Virus record (IMG/VR): IMGVR_UViG_2565956614_000003
Origin: a virus
Taxonomy: Duplodnaviria; Heunggongvirae; Uroviricota; Caudoviricetes
DNA: 64,000 bases
Reading direction: 5' to 3' (one strand)
The notes beneath the pieces are model-generated. The model made no database searches. It was given only the letters and a program-made list of their open reading frames with translations, and was not told the DNA's origin. A program made the translations under genes and the position numbers. Shown one piece after another: positions 52,942 through 63,043 of the stretch; within the stretch, counting starts at the first letter, position 1; each line of letters starts with the position of its first letter.

Positions 52942-54531
52942 ATGTCTCAATATTCAATTCAACAGTCATTAGGTAATGCATCCGGCGTCGCTGTTAGCCC
53001 GATCAATGCCGATGCGACGTTATCTACCGGTGTTGCATTAAATAGCAGCTTGTGGGCTGGTATTGGCGTATTTGCGCGTGGCAAGCCGTTTACTGTTCTT
53101 GCGGTTACTGAGTCCAATTACGAAGATGTTCTCGGCGAACCGCTGAAGCCGTCTTCCGGCTCACAGTTCGAACCAATTCGTCATGTGTACGAAGCTATTC
53201 AGCAAACGTCTGGTTATGTTGTTCGTGCTGTTCCGGATGATGCGAAGTTCCCGATTATTATGTTCGATGAATCAGGCGAACCAGCTTACAGTGCGTTGCC
53301 ATACGGTTCTGAAATTGAACTTGATAGCGGCGAAGCCTTTGCTATCTACGTTGATGATGGTGATCCGTGTATTTCACCTACCCGTGAGTTAACCATCGAA
53401 ACGGCAACAGCGGACAGCGCGGGTAATGAACGCTTCCTCTTAAAACTGACCCAGACGACTTCGCTCGGCGTGGTAACGACCCTGGAGACACACACTGTGT
53501 CTTTGGCGGAAGAAGCAAAAGATGACATGGGCCGCTTGTGTTATCTGCCTACGGCTCTGGAAGCCCGTTCTAAATATCTGCGCGCGGTTGTTAATGAAGA
53601 GCTGATTTCGACGGCGAAAGTAACAAATAAAAAATCGCTGGCGTTCACTGGCGGTACCAACGGCGATCAGTCGAACATTTCCACTGCTGCTTACCTGCGT
53701 GCGGTGAAAGTGCTGAACAATGCGCCGTACATGTACACCGCTGTTCTCGGCCTGGGTTGCTATGACAATGCGGCGATCACTGCGTTAGGTAATATCTGTT
53801 CTGATCGCTTGATTGATGGCTTCTTTGATGTCAAACCGACATTGACGTACACGGAAGCGATCTCTGCTGTTGAAGATACCGGTTTACTTGGTACCGATTA
53901 TGTAAGCTGTGCTGTCTATCATTTCCCGTTCTCCTGCAAAGACAAATGGACCCAATCCCGCGTGGTCTTCGGTCTGTCTGGCGCGGCGTATGCGGCGAAA
54001 GCTCGTGGCGTCAAGAAAAACTCCGATGTCGGCGGTTGGCATTACTCACCGGCTGGTGAAGAACGTGCCGTCATTGCTCGTGCATCACTTCAACCGCTGT
54101 ATCCGGAAGACACCCCGGACGAAGAAGCTATGGTCAAGGGCCGACTCAATAAAGTATCTGTAGGTACTTCGGGCCAGATGATCATCGATGATGCTTTAAC
54201 TTGCTGCACGCAGGACAACTATCTGCATTTCCAGCACGTCCCATCCCTGATGAACGCAATCAGCCGTTTCTTTGTCCAGTTAGCCCGACAGATGAAGCAT
54301 AACCCGGACGGCATTACTGAGTCTGGCCTGACTAAAGGGATGACCAAACTTTTGGATCGCTTTGTCGCCTCCGGCGCTCTGGTGGCTCCTCGTGATCCTG
54401 ATGCTGACGGTACAGAACCGTATGTGCTGAAAGTTACGCAGGCGGAATTCGATAAATGGGAAGTAGTCTGGGCCTGCTGCCCGACTGGCGTAGCCCGTCG
54501 TATCCAGGGCGTACCGCTGCTTATTAAGTAA
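52942..54531 (+). CDS. putative tail sheath protein (size matches P1 gp22)
   Basis: 529 aa, about 57 kDa; function by size and position only. Confidence 0.45.
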   Translation: MSQYSIQQSLGNASGVAVSPINADATLSTGVALNSSLWAGIGVFARGKPFTVLAVTESNYEDVLGEPLKPSSGSQFEPIRHVYEAIQQTSGYVVRAVPDDAKFPIIMFDESGEPAYSALPYGSEIELDSGEAFAIYVDDGDPCISPTRELTIETATADSAGNERFLLKLTQTTSLGVVTTLETHTVSLAEEAKDDMGRLCYLPTALEARSKYLRAVVNEELISTAKVTNKKSLAFTGGTNGDQSNISTAAYLRAVKVLNNAPYMYTAVLGLGCYDNAAITALGNICSDRLIDGFFDVKPTLTYTEAISAVEDTGLLGTDYVSCAVYHFPFSCKDKWTQSRVVFGLSGAAYAAKARGVKKNSDVGGWHYSPAGEERAVIARASLQPLYPEDTPDEEAMVKGRLNKVSVGTSGQMIIDDALTCCTQDNYLHFQHVPSLMNAISRFFVQLARQMKHNPDGITESGLTKGMTKLLDRFVASGALVAPRDPDADGTEPYVLKVTQAEFDKWEVVWACCPTGVARRIQGVPLLIK

Positions 54532-54540
54532 GGAAATACA

Positions 54541-55356
54541 ATGAGCAAAAACTTTTTTCAATCCGGGGCATTTTTGGGGAATGGACTGTCCCGTTTCGCT
54601 TTGAACTCTGATCCTGTGCAGCTGATGGAGTCTGCCCGAGCAAGCGCTGAACCGCCAACAGATCCGGTTATTAATAATAATCCGGAACCGGCGGCACAGA
54701 CTAACGATAACGTTCCATCTGCCCCGGCTCCTGAGCAAATCCTGGAAGGGAAAGACGGTAAAGAATGGACCGTCGAACAGGCGCACCAGATGATTCTGGA
54801 AGCTGCAAATCGAAGTGCTATGCAGAATGCGTTGAGTGATGCGGCCGACGCCGTTTTCGCCTGGGCTGATAGCGGTGATCTGACTTTCGACTCCCTTGAT
54901 GGTTTCGTTCAGGCTATCGCTGGTATCTCTGATGACGACGACTCCGAAGTTACAGAAGAACAGGACGATGCCTATAACGAAGCATGGGCAAATGTTGCTG
55001 ACTTCCTCGCAGCATGCGGTGTAGATGATGACCTGATCGAAGCACTGGCTGACGATGAAGACGACGACGCAGCTGCTGATGTTGGTGCCTCTATCGCTGG
55101 TTTAGATAGCGACGACCGCGACGAACTGGAAGCGGCGTTTGTTGTTGCTGGCACTTCTGATGAAATGCTGACTGAAGCATTTAAGAAGGTTGTTCGTAAT
55201 GGTGAGATCAAACTCATCCGTAAACGCCTGCGTAAAAAACGTCTGACTGCGGCTCAAAAATCGGCGCTGAAAAAAGCGCGTCGAAAAGCCCAGACCGGCG
55301 CGGCAAAACTTGCCCGCAAAAAGTCAATGAAACTGCGCCGTAAGCGCCTTGGCTAA
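54541..55356 (+). CDS. hypothetical acidic protein with basic KR-rich C-terminal tail
   Basis: 271-codon ORF. Confidence 0.65.
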   Translation: MSKNFFQSGAFLGNGLSRFALNSDPVQLMESARASAEPPTDPVINNNPEPAAQTNDNVPSAPAPEQILEGKDGKEWTVEQAHQMILEAANRSAMQNALSDAADAVFAWADSGDLTFDSLDGFVQAIAGISDDDDSEVTEEQDDAYNEAWANVADFLAACGVDDDLIEALADDEDDDAAADVGASIAGLDSDDRDELEAAFVVAGTSDEMLTEAFKKVVRNGEIKLIRKRLRKKRLTAAQKSALKKARRKAQTGAAKLARKKSMKLRRKRLG

Positions 55357-55391
55357 AGGAGGAGGCCGGAGAACTCCGGCCTTTAACTTGA

Positions 55392-55973
55392 ATGGCACCT
55401 ATACCTTATGGGGTTTACAGCCAGGCTGACGGTGTATCGCCATTTCTGAAAGTTACTTTAACGAACTCTCAGTATCAGGTTACCGGATATATCAGCCAGG
55501 GGGCGGCAATGAACATGGCCCAGAATTGGGAAGCACCGTTTACTGGTATGTCCATGGGGTCTGTTTCTGGCGCTCTGGGGGGGTTTGTGCAAGTAGGTAC
55601 TGAAACAACGTCGGTTGCCCGTTGGAACAGCTTAATGGTTTGGGAAGGGGGGACACCGCCGACGTTCACGCTGCCCGTAACTTTCATTGCTTTGAACAAT
55701 CCATTCATTGAAGTTTCAGGCGCTATCGCCGCGTTGACAGCCATGATTAGCCCGGAACTAAAAGCGGCCAATGTTGGTGGTCGAATCCCGGAACGTGTGA
55801 CGCTAAACATTGGTCGCCGGATCAACATCACCGATGTCGCTATCCAGGACTTAAGTTTTGATCTCGATGCGCCAAGGGACAGTAATGGATATTTCCTGAA
55901 AAACACCGTCAACCTCCAGTTGACCGGTTCTTCGATATATAACAGCTCCGATATTGTTCGGGCGTTCCAGTAA
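55392..55973 (+). CDS. hypothetical structural protein, 193 aa
   Basis: ORF with GGAGGAGG Shine-Dalgarno region. Confidence 0.65.
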   Translation: MAPIPYGVYSQADGVSPFLKVTLTNSQYQVTGYISQGAAMNMAQNWEAPFTGMSMGSVSGALGGFVQVGTETTSVARWNSLMVWEGGTPPTFTLPVTFIALNNPFIEVSGAIAALTAMISPELKAANVGGRIPERVTLNIGRRINITDVAIQDLSFDLDAPRDSNGYFLKNTVNLQLTGSSIYNSSDIVRAFQ

Positions 55974-55984
55974 AAGGATTTTAT

Positions 55985-56494
55985 ATGGGGCACAATAACA
56001 CTAAGGGAAACCGTAAATTTATTAAGGGCCGCTATACTGCCAACGCGGCCAAAGGCGAACGACTGGTATCTTCTGAATTCCAGCTCACTTTTGCAGGCCA
56101 TGAAGATATCAGCGTACTGGTTCGCACGTCGCAAATTCCTGAAATGACCCGCGAGGATGTGGAGGACTATGGTCCGAATGGTGTGAAGTTCAACCAGCAC
56201 GGACCAATTCGAAACTCTGGGGAAATCCAGGTCCAGTGCGTGGAGACTATCGAAGGCGATATTCTTCAGTTCATCAAGGATCGCATTGCGGCGAAGGACT
56301 ATGTTGATATCACGATGGCTGCTACCCCTGAATCCAAATCTTCCGGGGTTAACGCTGTAACAAAAGCTGCTACAACAATTGAAATGTTGGACTGCAAAAT
56401 CTACAGTGATGCAATCGACTTTAGTACCGAAGATGTGACTGCCGCTGTGCGCCCGTCACTTCGTATCGTCTACAACTGGATTGAGTGGGATTAA
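55985..56494 (+). CDS. hypothetical structural protein, 169 aa
   Basis: ORF followed by a strong terminator. Confidence 0.65.
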   Translation: MGHNNTKGNRKFIKGRYTANAAKGERLVSSEFQLTFAGHEDISVLVRTSQIPEMTREDVEDYGPNGVKFNQHGPIRNSGEIQVQCVETIEGDILQFIKDRIAAKDYVDITMAATPESKSSGVNAVTKAATTIEMLDCKIYSDAIDFSTEDVTAAVRPSLRIVYNWIEWD

Positions 56495-56513
56495 GAGTCA
56501 TCCCTTGTATTTT

Positions 56514-56537
56514 AAAGCTCCTTCGGGAGCTTTTTTT
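56514..56537 (+). terminator. intrinsic terminator
   Basis: AAAGCTCC-TTCG-GGAGCTTT followed by a T-run. Confidence 0.7.
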
Positions 56538-56598
56538 ATAACTATTTTATATAAACATGCATCGATAACATTGTCTGGAGTTTTATGTTAGATTATTA

Positions 56599-56613
56599 AT
56601 GTTCTAATAAACT
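56599..56613. promoter_or_regulatory. weak C1-operator-like site
   Basis: ATGTTCTAATAAACT, one mismatch in the core. Confidence 0.3.
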
Positions 56614-56665
56614 ACAATTATTGAGGTAGATGTTTGTGCCTGTACTGTTAAAGGGGGACTCTAAA

Positions 56666-57262
56666 ATGGCTGTGATTCCAATGTCGTACTCCCCGGGTAC
56701 TGTCGCTCGTCGATTTTCGATCCTGGACGGAGTTACCATCCAGGGTGTGCTTTACCAGGTTATATGGGATTCCAAAACCCCATTTGCAGCTGTAATAGAG
56801 GCTGCGCCTTCTGTTATCGATGGTGATATGCGGCATAAGGTTGTCGCTACTCTTGAACTTCAACGTCGCCCGCAGCTTGAAGGCGTACTGGTAAGGAAGT
56901 TCTGGGAGGATAGCGATGTTGCCCAGATTGAAGGTATCGTGGTTGATGGAACTGTCCGGGATGTCGGTTTAGCTACTTTTGTTTACGAAACCGTAGCCTC
57001 AAAAGCTGGTGTTGTTTTGCTCAGTGATAATGAGCAATACGAAGGTGGAAAAGCTCTTTGGCAACATATCGCCCGTCGCTCTTCCGAGCTAAAAGTGTTT
57101 ATCCTCGACACCGATGCCGCTCAGTATTACCCGTTTGACGGCGAACGTGTTTGCTATGACGGGGTAAGTATTCCTGAATCCGAGATATGGAGTGAACACC
57201 CAGATCGAAGTAAGCATGGGGTTGTTCTGGTCGCTGAATCCATAATTGGAAATGCGGCATAG
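56666..57262 (+). CDS. hypothetical protein, 198 aa
   Basis: ATG 56666 preceded by AAGGGGGA. Confidence 0.6.
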   Translation: MAVIPMSYSPGTVARRFSILDGVTIQGVLYQVIWDSKTPFAAVIEAAPSVIDGDMRHKVVATLELQRRPQLEGVLVRKFWEDSDVAQIEGIVVDGTVRDVGLATFVYETVASKAGVVLLSDNEQYEGGKALWQHIARRSSELKVFILDTDAAQYYPFDGERVCYDGVSIPESEIWSEHPDRSKHGVVLVAESIIGNAA

Positions 57263-57444
57263 CAGTAAAAAATTCCTTGCTCCTTAAAATGGGAGAGGGT
57301 TAATCTACGTATGCTAAGCATAGATATGGCCTCAGATTAATGTTAAGCGTCTTGCAGGACGCGTAATGTTATCTGGGGCTTTCTTCTATCTGCTTTTCGG
57401 GTAATGCCTGAAGCAGATAGCCTCAAGCACCCGCAACGATTGTA

Positions 57445-57690
57445 TCAATGTCTGGCTTTTTTTCTATAGAAATCACCTGGAAGGGTGAATATCCACATCA
57501 GAAGAAATGTAGCAGCAAACATGATCCCTAATGGCCAGACCGCGCCAAAGAAAATCCATACTAAGATCTCCTCTGCTCGTTCTTTGCGGTCGATATCGAC
57601 AAGCATTTTTCGGCTGATCATGTATACACAGAAGCCAATACAAACATATCCTGCAAAAGCGATCGCTAACTGTAAAAAATCAGATTGCAT
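57445..57690 (-). CDS. small membrane protein downstream of repL
   Basis: 82 aa from ATG 57690; operator just upstream; two hydrophobic helices. Confidence 0.45.
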   Translation of the reverse strand: MQSDFLQLAIAFAGYVCIGFCVYMISRKMLVDIDRKERAEEILVWIFFGAVWPLGIMFAATFLLMWIFTLPGDFYRKKARH

Positions 57691-57723
57691 CTCCGACCTC
57701 AAACTGAAAACGCCAGGTGACTC

Positions 57724-57737
57724 CAGATTAGAGCAAT
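57724..57737. promoter_or_regulatory. C1-operator-like core
   Basis: CAGATTAGAGCAAT. Confidence 0.45.
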
Positions 57738-57740
57738 CTA

Positions 57741-58586
57741 TCACCCTCTGAATCCTGCCGGTATACCCCATTGTTCGTTATCTTTATTTTTGGCTAAAAC
57801 CGCATTAAGAGCTTCGTTTACCGTCATGCAATGCGGCAGATTATCGAAGTTTGATACCCCGCCAATATCAGGAGAACGCTTGTTCTTCAGGTAAGCATAT
57901 TTCCGCGCTGCCGCCTCTACTTTCTGCTTGAACTCATGTTTTTGAGCGCGTTTTTTGGATAACCGCAGATTGTCAGCCTTTGCTTTTGCCTCAGCGATCC
58001 ATGAAGTCAATTTTTTGAGTCTGGTCGTTCCGGCACCGCCGGAAACTGATCTTTTTGTTTTTTTAACTTGTGACTTCTTATTCTTTATTGCCACGTCATC
58101 CTGACAGGGGGAGGGGGTATCATTTTGACATGGGGGTGTGGATAAAAAATTAAATAAAGCCAATGTCTTAGCGAGAACAGCTTTAACCTTGGTTGCCGCT
58201 GAAGAGATCTTTAATTTGCTTTCAATCAGCGCATTTTTGGCTTGTTGTGCGAAGGCCAAAAAGGATGGTGTAAACCGGTACAGGTTAGCGCGACGTTCAC
58301 GGTGATCGCCGATAACAATCTCTACAGACAGAATTCCTTTGTTTACAGCTTCACGGAATGCACGAACGACGGTTGATTGGCTATAACCAGTTTCTGCCGC
58401 GATCAGGCGGTGAGGCTTGTGAATGAAGTATTCACTGGTTGTTGCCGCTAGATTTGCACATTGCGACAGGATATGCCCGGCGCTACGGGATAGACCGGAG
58501 TGTGTTACAAAGCAGGCCAATTCATAGCCAGAAAAAGTAAAATCGCTCATCGTTATACAGCTCAGGAAAGTGACTTTAGCCAGCAT
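57741..58586 (-). CDS. repL: RepL lytic replication initiator
   Basis: 281 aa; follows kilA in the same orientation; size and position as P1 repL. Confidence 0.8.
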   Translation of the reverse strand: MLAKVTFLSCITMSDFTFSGYELACFVTHSGLSRSAGHILSQCANLAATTSEYFIHKPHRLIAAETGYSQSTVVRAFREAVNKGILSVEIVIGDHRERRANLYRFTPSFLAFAQQAKNALIESKLKISSAATKVKAVLAKTLALFNFLSTPPCQNDTPSPCQDDVAIKNKKSQVKKTKRSVSGGAGTTRLKKLTSWIAEAKAKADNLRLSKKRAQKHEFKQKVEAAARKYAYLKNKRSPDIGGVSNFDNLPHCMTVNEALNAVLAKNKDNEQWGIPAGFRG

Positions 58587-58615
58587 TACAATGCTGGTGG
58601 TTCTTACTACGTCTG

Positions 58616-59416
58616 TTAGCGCGTTGCCGCGACAGGTACCAGCACACCAGTATCAAGCAATCGCTTCATCAGCCACTGCTGACCTTTGCCGGTTATACGA
58701 GTCGTGAAAGAAATCCTGCTTCCATTGCTTGTATCGATCACGGTTTCTTTAAGGGTGAAATACCCACGGGATATGTATTCTTGTTTGGGGACGTTCCTGC
58801 GTTCACCGGTTGCGATCAGAATTCCGTTATCACGCAACCAGGTGAAGAGATAGTTTTGGCCCAGACCGAGCACTTTGGCATAGTTGCCGATTAGAACCCC
58901 GCTGGCGGTAGCAACGCGTTCGGCGAATTCGACTTTAGGTGCATCCATAAGCATTTTTTGTTCCAGCCGTTGCTTTTGCTCTGCCAGGTCGGCAGCCAAA
59001 CGGAGAGCTTCAGGGAGACTCTGCGGAATAGCAGGTTGTAATCTTCCGGCTCGATAGTCGATAAATGTCTGGTTTACCTTCAGCCGAAACGCGGGAGAAA
59101 TCCAGCCTGCGTACTCCACAGCGAGCAATTCATGGGCAAAAGTGCCGCCGCCACGGCCTTCGAACGAAACTATGCAATTCTGCATAGTTTCTTTTTCAAG
59201 CTCTTCGATGAGCTGTTTGGCTGACAGCGTTCTTAGCCATTGAGCTGGCGCTTTATGGGCACCGAGTCCGCTCGCTCTGTGTAGAGCATTAAGGTTGTAA
59301 CGGCCAGCGCGGTCGGTCGTAATTTCAACACCACAAATAACAGGCAGAGTGGTTGAAGGATCGACATTTTGATGAAGGTTTGATATATTCATATCCGCAT
59401 TGAATGTTTGTTGCAT
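58616..59416 (-). CDS. kilA: KilA (KilA-N domain plus ANT-type C-terminal domain)
   Basis: 266 aa; C-terminal domain shared with both antirepressors; operator upstream. Confidence 0.8.
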   Translation of the reverse strand: MQQTFNADMNISNLHQNVDPSTTLPVICGVEITTDRAGRYNLNALHRASGLGAHKAPAQWLRTLSAKQLIEELEKETMQNCIVSFEGRGGGTFAHELLAVEYAGWISPAFRLKVNQTFIDYRAGRLQPAIPQSLPEALRLAADLAEQKQRLEQKMLMDAPKVEFAERVATASGVLIGNYAKVLGLGQNYLFTWLRDNGILIATGERRNVPKQEYISRGYFTLKETVIDTSNGSRISFTTRITGKGQQWLMKRLLDTGVLVPVAATR

Positions 59417-59485
59417 TTTTTCTCCAAATTTGCATCAACCTTCAATCACCAGCTCGAAATGGTGATTCTTTGCACTTAGAAAACG

Positions 59486-59502
59486 AAATTTATTAGAGCA
59501 AA
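59486..59502. promoter_or_regulatory. C1 operator upstream of kilA-repL
   Basis: AAATTTATTAGAGCAAA, 16/17. Confidence 0.7.
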
Positions 59503-59579
59503 TTTTTCTGACTCGATCCAGATCGGGTTGGTCGATCTGCTCAGAAACCTGCCAGTTTGCTGGCAGGTTTTTTCTTTTG

Positions 59580-60623
59580 TTAACCTATTGCTACTGGTTT
59601 TAACAAACCAGCATCAAGTAGCTTGCGAGTTAACCACTGCTGGCCTTTACCCGTTAATTGGGGCGTCAGCCGTATCTGGTAGCCATTTTCATCATCCAGC
59701 ACCACTTCTTTCACCGTGAAATACCCGGCGTTAATGTACTGCTGGCGCGGTACGTTTTTGCGCGCACCAAAAGCCATGAGAATGCCGTTCTGGCGCAACC
59801 ATGAGAAAAGGGCGTTTTGCTTAAGTCCAACGACCTTTGCAAAGTTCCCGATCAGGATTCCATTAGCCACTGATACCCGGTCGGCAAAATCGACTTTAGG
59901 GGCTGCGGCCACCAGCTGTTGTTCCAGCTGCAATTTCTGTTCTGCCAACTCGGCAGCCAGGCGTAGGGCTTCTGGTAATGTTTGGGGGATCGATGGGGTA
60001 GGGGAGTTTGCCTGCTGCAATTCTTCCAGTTTGTCGATCAGCGAACGGCGGACCGCTTTCGATTCGCGCGCGGCGACTCGCAGGGCTTGTTTGTAGGTCA
60101 TGGTTATGACAACCATAGGCGTACCGCCACCTGGCGGCACGGTTGCACTTTTTGTGTAACCGTCCTCACCTTCTAATTCGTCGAGTATTTTTTCGATGAA
60201 TTTGTTGTTCCGAACCTCTGGTTCCCCACATAACTTACGCGCTTCATTGACCATCTTTAACAGTGTCAGGCTGTCGATTGTGTCTCCGGTGGTGGGGATG
60301 ACATTCACGGCTGGTGCTGGCGTTGCTGAAGCAACAGGTGCTGGTTTTTTAACATTCAAATTATTACTGGTCATTCTATGTGCCTCCTTTCTCATTTCTG
60401 CTGCCACCGTTGCGTAACGTAGACGTCCTTGTTCAATCAAATAATCCCTGATCTCGGCTATCAGTAGCCTGTTGATCACAGCCTTATCTGTTCGGGTATA
60501 AAAACGCCTGGTTATCATGAAATAGTTGGCAATTGCGCCGGGGATCTCCCGTGTCGGTATACAGGCAGTATGCAGGGCGATCGCTTCGGCTATGTCATTA
60601 CGGGTGACGAGAGGTTTTTTCAT
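59580..60623 (-). CDS. ant: Ant antirepressor (canonical immI copy)
   Basis: 347 aa; translationally coupled to icd (ATGA overlap); ANT-type C-terminal domain. Confidence 0.8.
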   Translation of the reverse strand: MKKPLVTRNDIAEAIALHTACIPTREIPGAIANYFMITRRFYTRTDKAVINRLLIAEIRDYLIEQGRLRYATVAAEMRKEAHRMTSNNLNVKKPAPVASATPAPAVNVIPTTGDTIDSLTLLKMVNEARKLCGEPEVRNNKFIEKILDELEGEDGYTKSATVPPGGGTPMVVITMTYKQALRVAARESKAVRRSLIDKLEELQQANSPTPSIPQTLPEALRLAAELAEQKLQLEQQLVAAAPKVDFADRVSVANGILIGNFAKVVGLKQNALFSWLRQNGILMAFGARKNVPRQQYINAGYFTVKEVVLDDENGYQIRLTPQLTGKGQQWLTRKLLDAGLLKPVAIG

Positions 60624-60841
60624 AAACCCCCCTGAACGTCGGCAGAGAAGGGGAGGCTCCAGTAACTAAGTGAATTGCGCGAGTTAGTTGAAAAACGGGC
60701 AGTAAAAATGCAGGGGCCATCAGGCAATTGAGAGCGTGCTTCGTCTTCAGTTGCTGCGATAACGAAGTGATAGTGGTGTTTTTTACAGGAATAGAAACGC
60801 CAGATGAATTCTGGGCGTGCGCAAGGATTGGCATTAACCAT
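60620..60841 (-). CDS. icd: Icd, inhibitor of cell division
   Basis: 73 aa; directly upstream of ant. Confidence 0.75.
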   Translation of the reverse strand: MVNANPCARPEFIWRFYSCKKHHYHFVIAATEDEARSQLPDGPCIFTARFSTNSRNSLSYWSLPFSADVQGGL

Positions 60842-60859
60842 AGTTACGGCCTCACAATC

Positions 60860-61100
60860 AGGTTTAACAACCTGCTACCCGCTGCTAAACAGGTGGCAGG
60901 ACGTGACGGGGTTAGCAGACTGGCGATTGTGAAACCAGCAGGCCGAAGCCTCCCCATCACGCCCCACCATAATTTGGGCGTAACGCGGTTTTACGGACAC
61001 AAAAATACCGCAATATCGGATATCTGCGGCTGTCCGCACAATCATTCAGGCTGCTAAACCCGGTCGCAGAATTTGCTACGACGGCGGAACTATAAGCCTG
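60860..61100 (-). ncRNA. c4 antisense repressor RNA region (exact ends not determined)
   Basis: Non-coding stretch between the immI operator and icd, where c4 lies in P1. Confidence 0.4.
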
Positions 61101-61156
61101 AACGATTAAAAGGTCAATATGATGCGAAAAGATAGCATTCGTGACTTAAAAATACA

Positions 61157-61173
61157 AATTTATTAGAGCATTA
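61157..61173. promoter_or_regulatory. C1 operator upstream of immI
   Basis: AAATTTATTAGAGCATT, 16/17. Confidence 0.7.
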
Positions 61174-61268
61174 TCTGCTTAATAAATACACAGTTGGATC
61201 TAATAACCTCTTTTTTTTAAAGGCGAAAATATGTACCCTAAATGGGTTATAAGGCAGGTGAGGTTATA

Positions 61269-61400
61269 ATGAGAAAACTATTACTATCGTTATTATTTAT
61301 GGCTGGGACTGTTAATGCAGCATCAAGCGTAAAGGAGATTTGTACCGATTATACGAAATACCTTTGGCAAGTTTACGCCTTTGCGATCAATGACTATTAA
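61269..61400 (+). CDS. small secreted peptide (simA position)
   Basis: 43 aa with N-terminal signal-like segment; GTGAGG Shine-Dalgarno; AT-rich. Confidence 0.4.
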   Translation: MRKLLLSLLFMAGTVNAASSVKEICTDYTKYLWQVYAFAINDY

Positions 61401-61421
61401 TCCATGCGTAGGAGTGGATTT

Positions 61422-61739
61422 ATGCTGATTCGTTTGTTTTTAGTGCTTTCCTTTTTAACATTTAATGTTTTTGCTGATGAAGTTGACTTTTCGAAGGTAG
61501 ATTGTAATTCAGTGGAAACAAGAAAAGCTCTTATTGAAGAATATAACGAAATATTATCGTCATATGGAATAACAGTGGTTGATTCTTATAATCAAAAAAC
61601 TATTCAGAAAGGAATAAATAAACTGGTCTGTTATGGGGTTTACCAATATTCAGATGGCTCTTCGGAGTATGTTATTTATAAAGCATACCCAAATAGTCTT
61701 GGTGAATTAATTAGTGAGTTTAAACCGATTAATGAGTGA
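61422..61739 (+). CDS. secreted protein (simB position)
   Basis: 105 aa from ATG 61422 (GGAGTGG Shine-Dalgarno); signal peptide MLIRLFLVLSFLTFNVFA. Confidence 0.5.
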   Translation: MLIRLFLVLSFLTFNVFADEVDFSKVDCNSVETRKALIEEYNEILSSYGITVVDSYNQKTIQKGINKLVCYGVYQYSDGSSEYVIYKAYPNSLGELISEFKPINE

Positions 61740-61746
61740 ATGGAAA

Positions 61747-62526
61747 ATGAAATTATTTAATGTAATAACATTTTGTTGTGCTATTTTTGCTGGAAGCGCG
61801 ATAGCTGATAATAAATTGCCAGATTGGCTTTCTACCTCAAAGAAAGATTATGATTTAGTAAGGGCATTCTATTTGTCTGGATTTGCTTCGAAAGCAATGA
61901 ACAATCAATTTGGTTATCATTTGCCATCTGAGTTGGTTAATGATTTTAAAGATAATGAATTTGCTGCTCAGGAAAAATGGAACACAATTCCAATTGTGTA
62001 TGGTGAAATAAAATCCATAAGAATGGTGAATAATAAACCAATTGTAGAGTTATTTACTCCAGGGGAAAATGCAACGCCACTAAATTATATCAAATTGAAA
62101 ATATTGGATTCAAAGCAAGACTCTCTGTTAAAACTAAAAAAAGGGGATGATATATATGCAGTGTGCTCAGGTGCTAATTTTAGCTTAGTGCCAATTCTGA
62201 GCAACTGCACTCCTGCAACAGACGTCATTGATGCTGCACTCTCTTTTTCTGGTGAATATATGTTCCCTGCTTTTGATTCTTTTTCGCCTACTAAGCAAAA
62301 CGTCAAATATATATTCACAAATCAAGATCCTGTTCAGATGATGAATTTTATAGGGTACCTATCCTTAGTCGATACAACGAAGGATAAGAAAAAAATGGAT
62401 ATGGTTCGTAAGTGTACGCCTTGGAAGCCGGAATGTTCACAACAATTCGTTGATGTAATGGAAGGATTTGATAGCATCATGTATAAATATGAGGGAGAAT
62501 TTAAAAATTACATAGAATTAAAATAG
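61747..62526 (+). CDS. superinfection-exclusion-like periplasmic protein (simC position)
   Basis: 259 aa; signal peptide MKLFNVITFCCAIFAGSAIA; AT-rich. Confidence 0.55.
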   Translation: MKLFNVITFCCAIFAGSAIADNKLPDWLSTSKKDYDLVRAFYLSGFASKAMNNQFGYHLPSELVNDFKDNEFAAQEKWNTIPIVYGEIKSIRMVNNKPIVELFTPGENATPLNYIKLKILDSKQDSLLKLKKGDDIYAVCSGANFSLVPILSNCTPATDVIDAALSFSGEYMFPAFDSFSPTKQNVKYIFTNQDPVQMMNFIGYLSLVDTTKDKKKMDMVRKCTPWKPECSQQFVDVMEGFDSIMYKYEGEFKNYIELK

Positions 62527-62554
62527 TATTTGAAAGGATAGTCAATTTAAGTTT

Positions 62555-62606
62555 AAAAAAACGCCCATTAAAGGGCGTTTTATTGTTTTACTCAAAACAA
62601 CCTGAC
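62555..62606 (+). repeat. terminator-containing direct repeat, copy 1
   Basis: AAAAAAACGCCCATTAAAGGGCGTTTTATTGTTTTACTCAAAACAACCTGA, near-identical to 63949..64000. Confidence 0.7.
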
Positions 62607-62772
62607 TCAAAGCAACCTGATTGTGTGATAACCATATGATACTCCTCATTCCATCTACACTACTTGCTCTAACTTAATGATACCATATTACTCCCAGACG
62701 GCAATATTCCCACTCAATGGACAAATGACTACTCGTAGAATCGGTTAACACACCAGATTCTACGAGGTTTCA

Positions 62773-62993
62773 ATGACACCACGACAATTACTCGAAGACG
62801 TCAAATCCCTCTTGGGTCAATGGTTGGAGATTCTTGGTGGTATGCCTTTTGGCAGGATGCAGCAGATTCAAATGCTAATGTGATTGATGCTTATGTTGAT
62901 AATGAAAAAATTGCCACATTCCCTCTTTCTGGGCTAAGTAAGTTATATCAACAAGCTAAAAACGATGGGTGCTTAAAGCGAGGCGATTAATTT
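62773..62993 (+). pseudogene. possible frameshifted small ORF remnant
   Basis: Two adjacent short ORFs joinable by a single -1 shift around 62880. Confidence 0.2.
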
Positions 62994-63043
62994 TTTATTG
63001 CAAATTTAACGTAACCCATAAAGCGATTATGGGTTACAAAATA

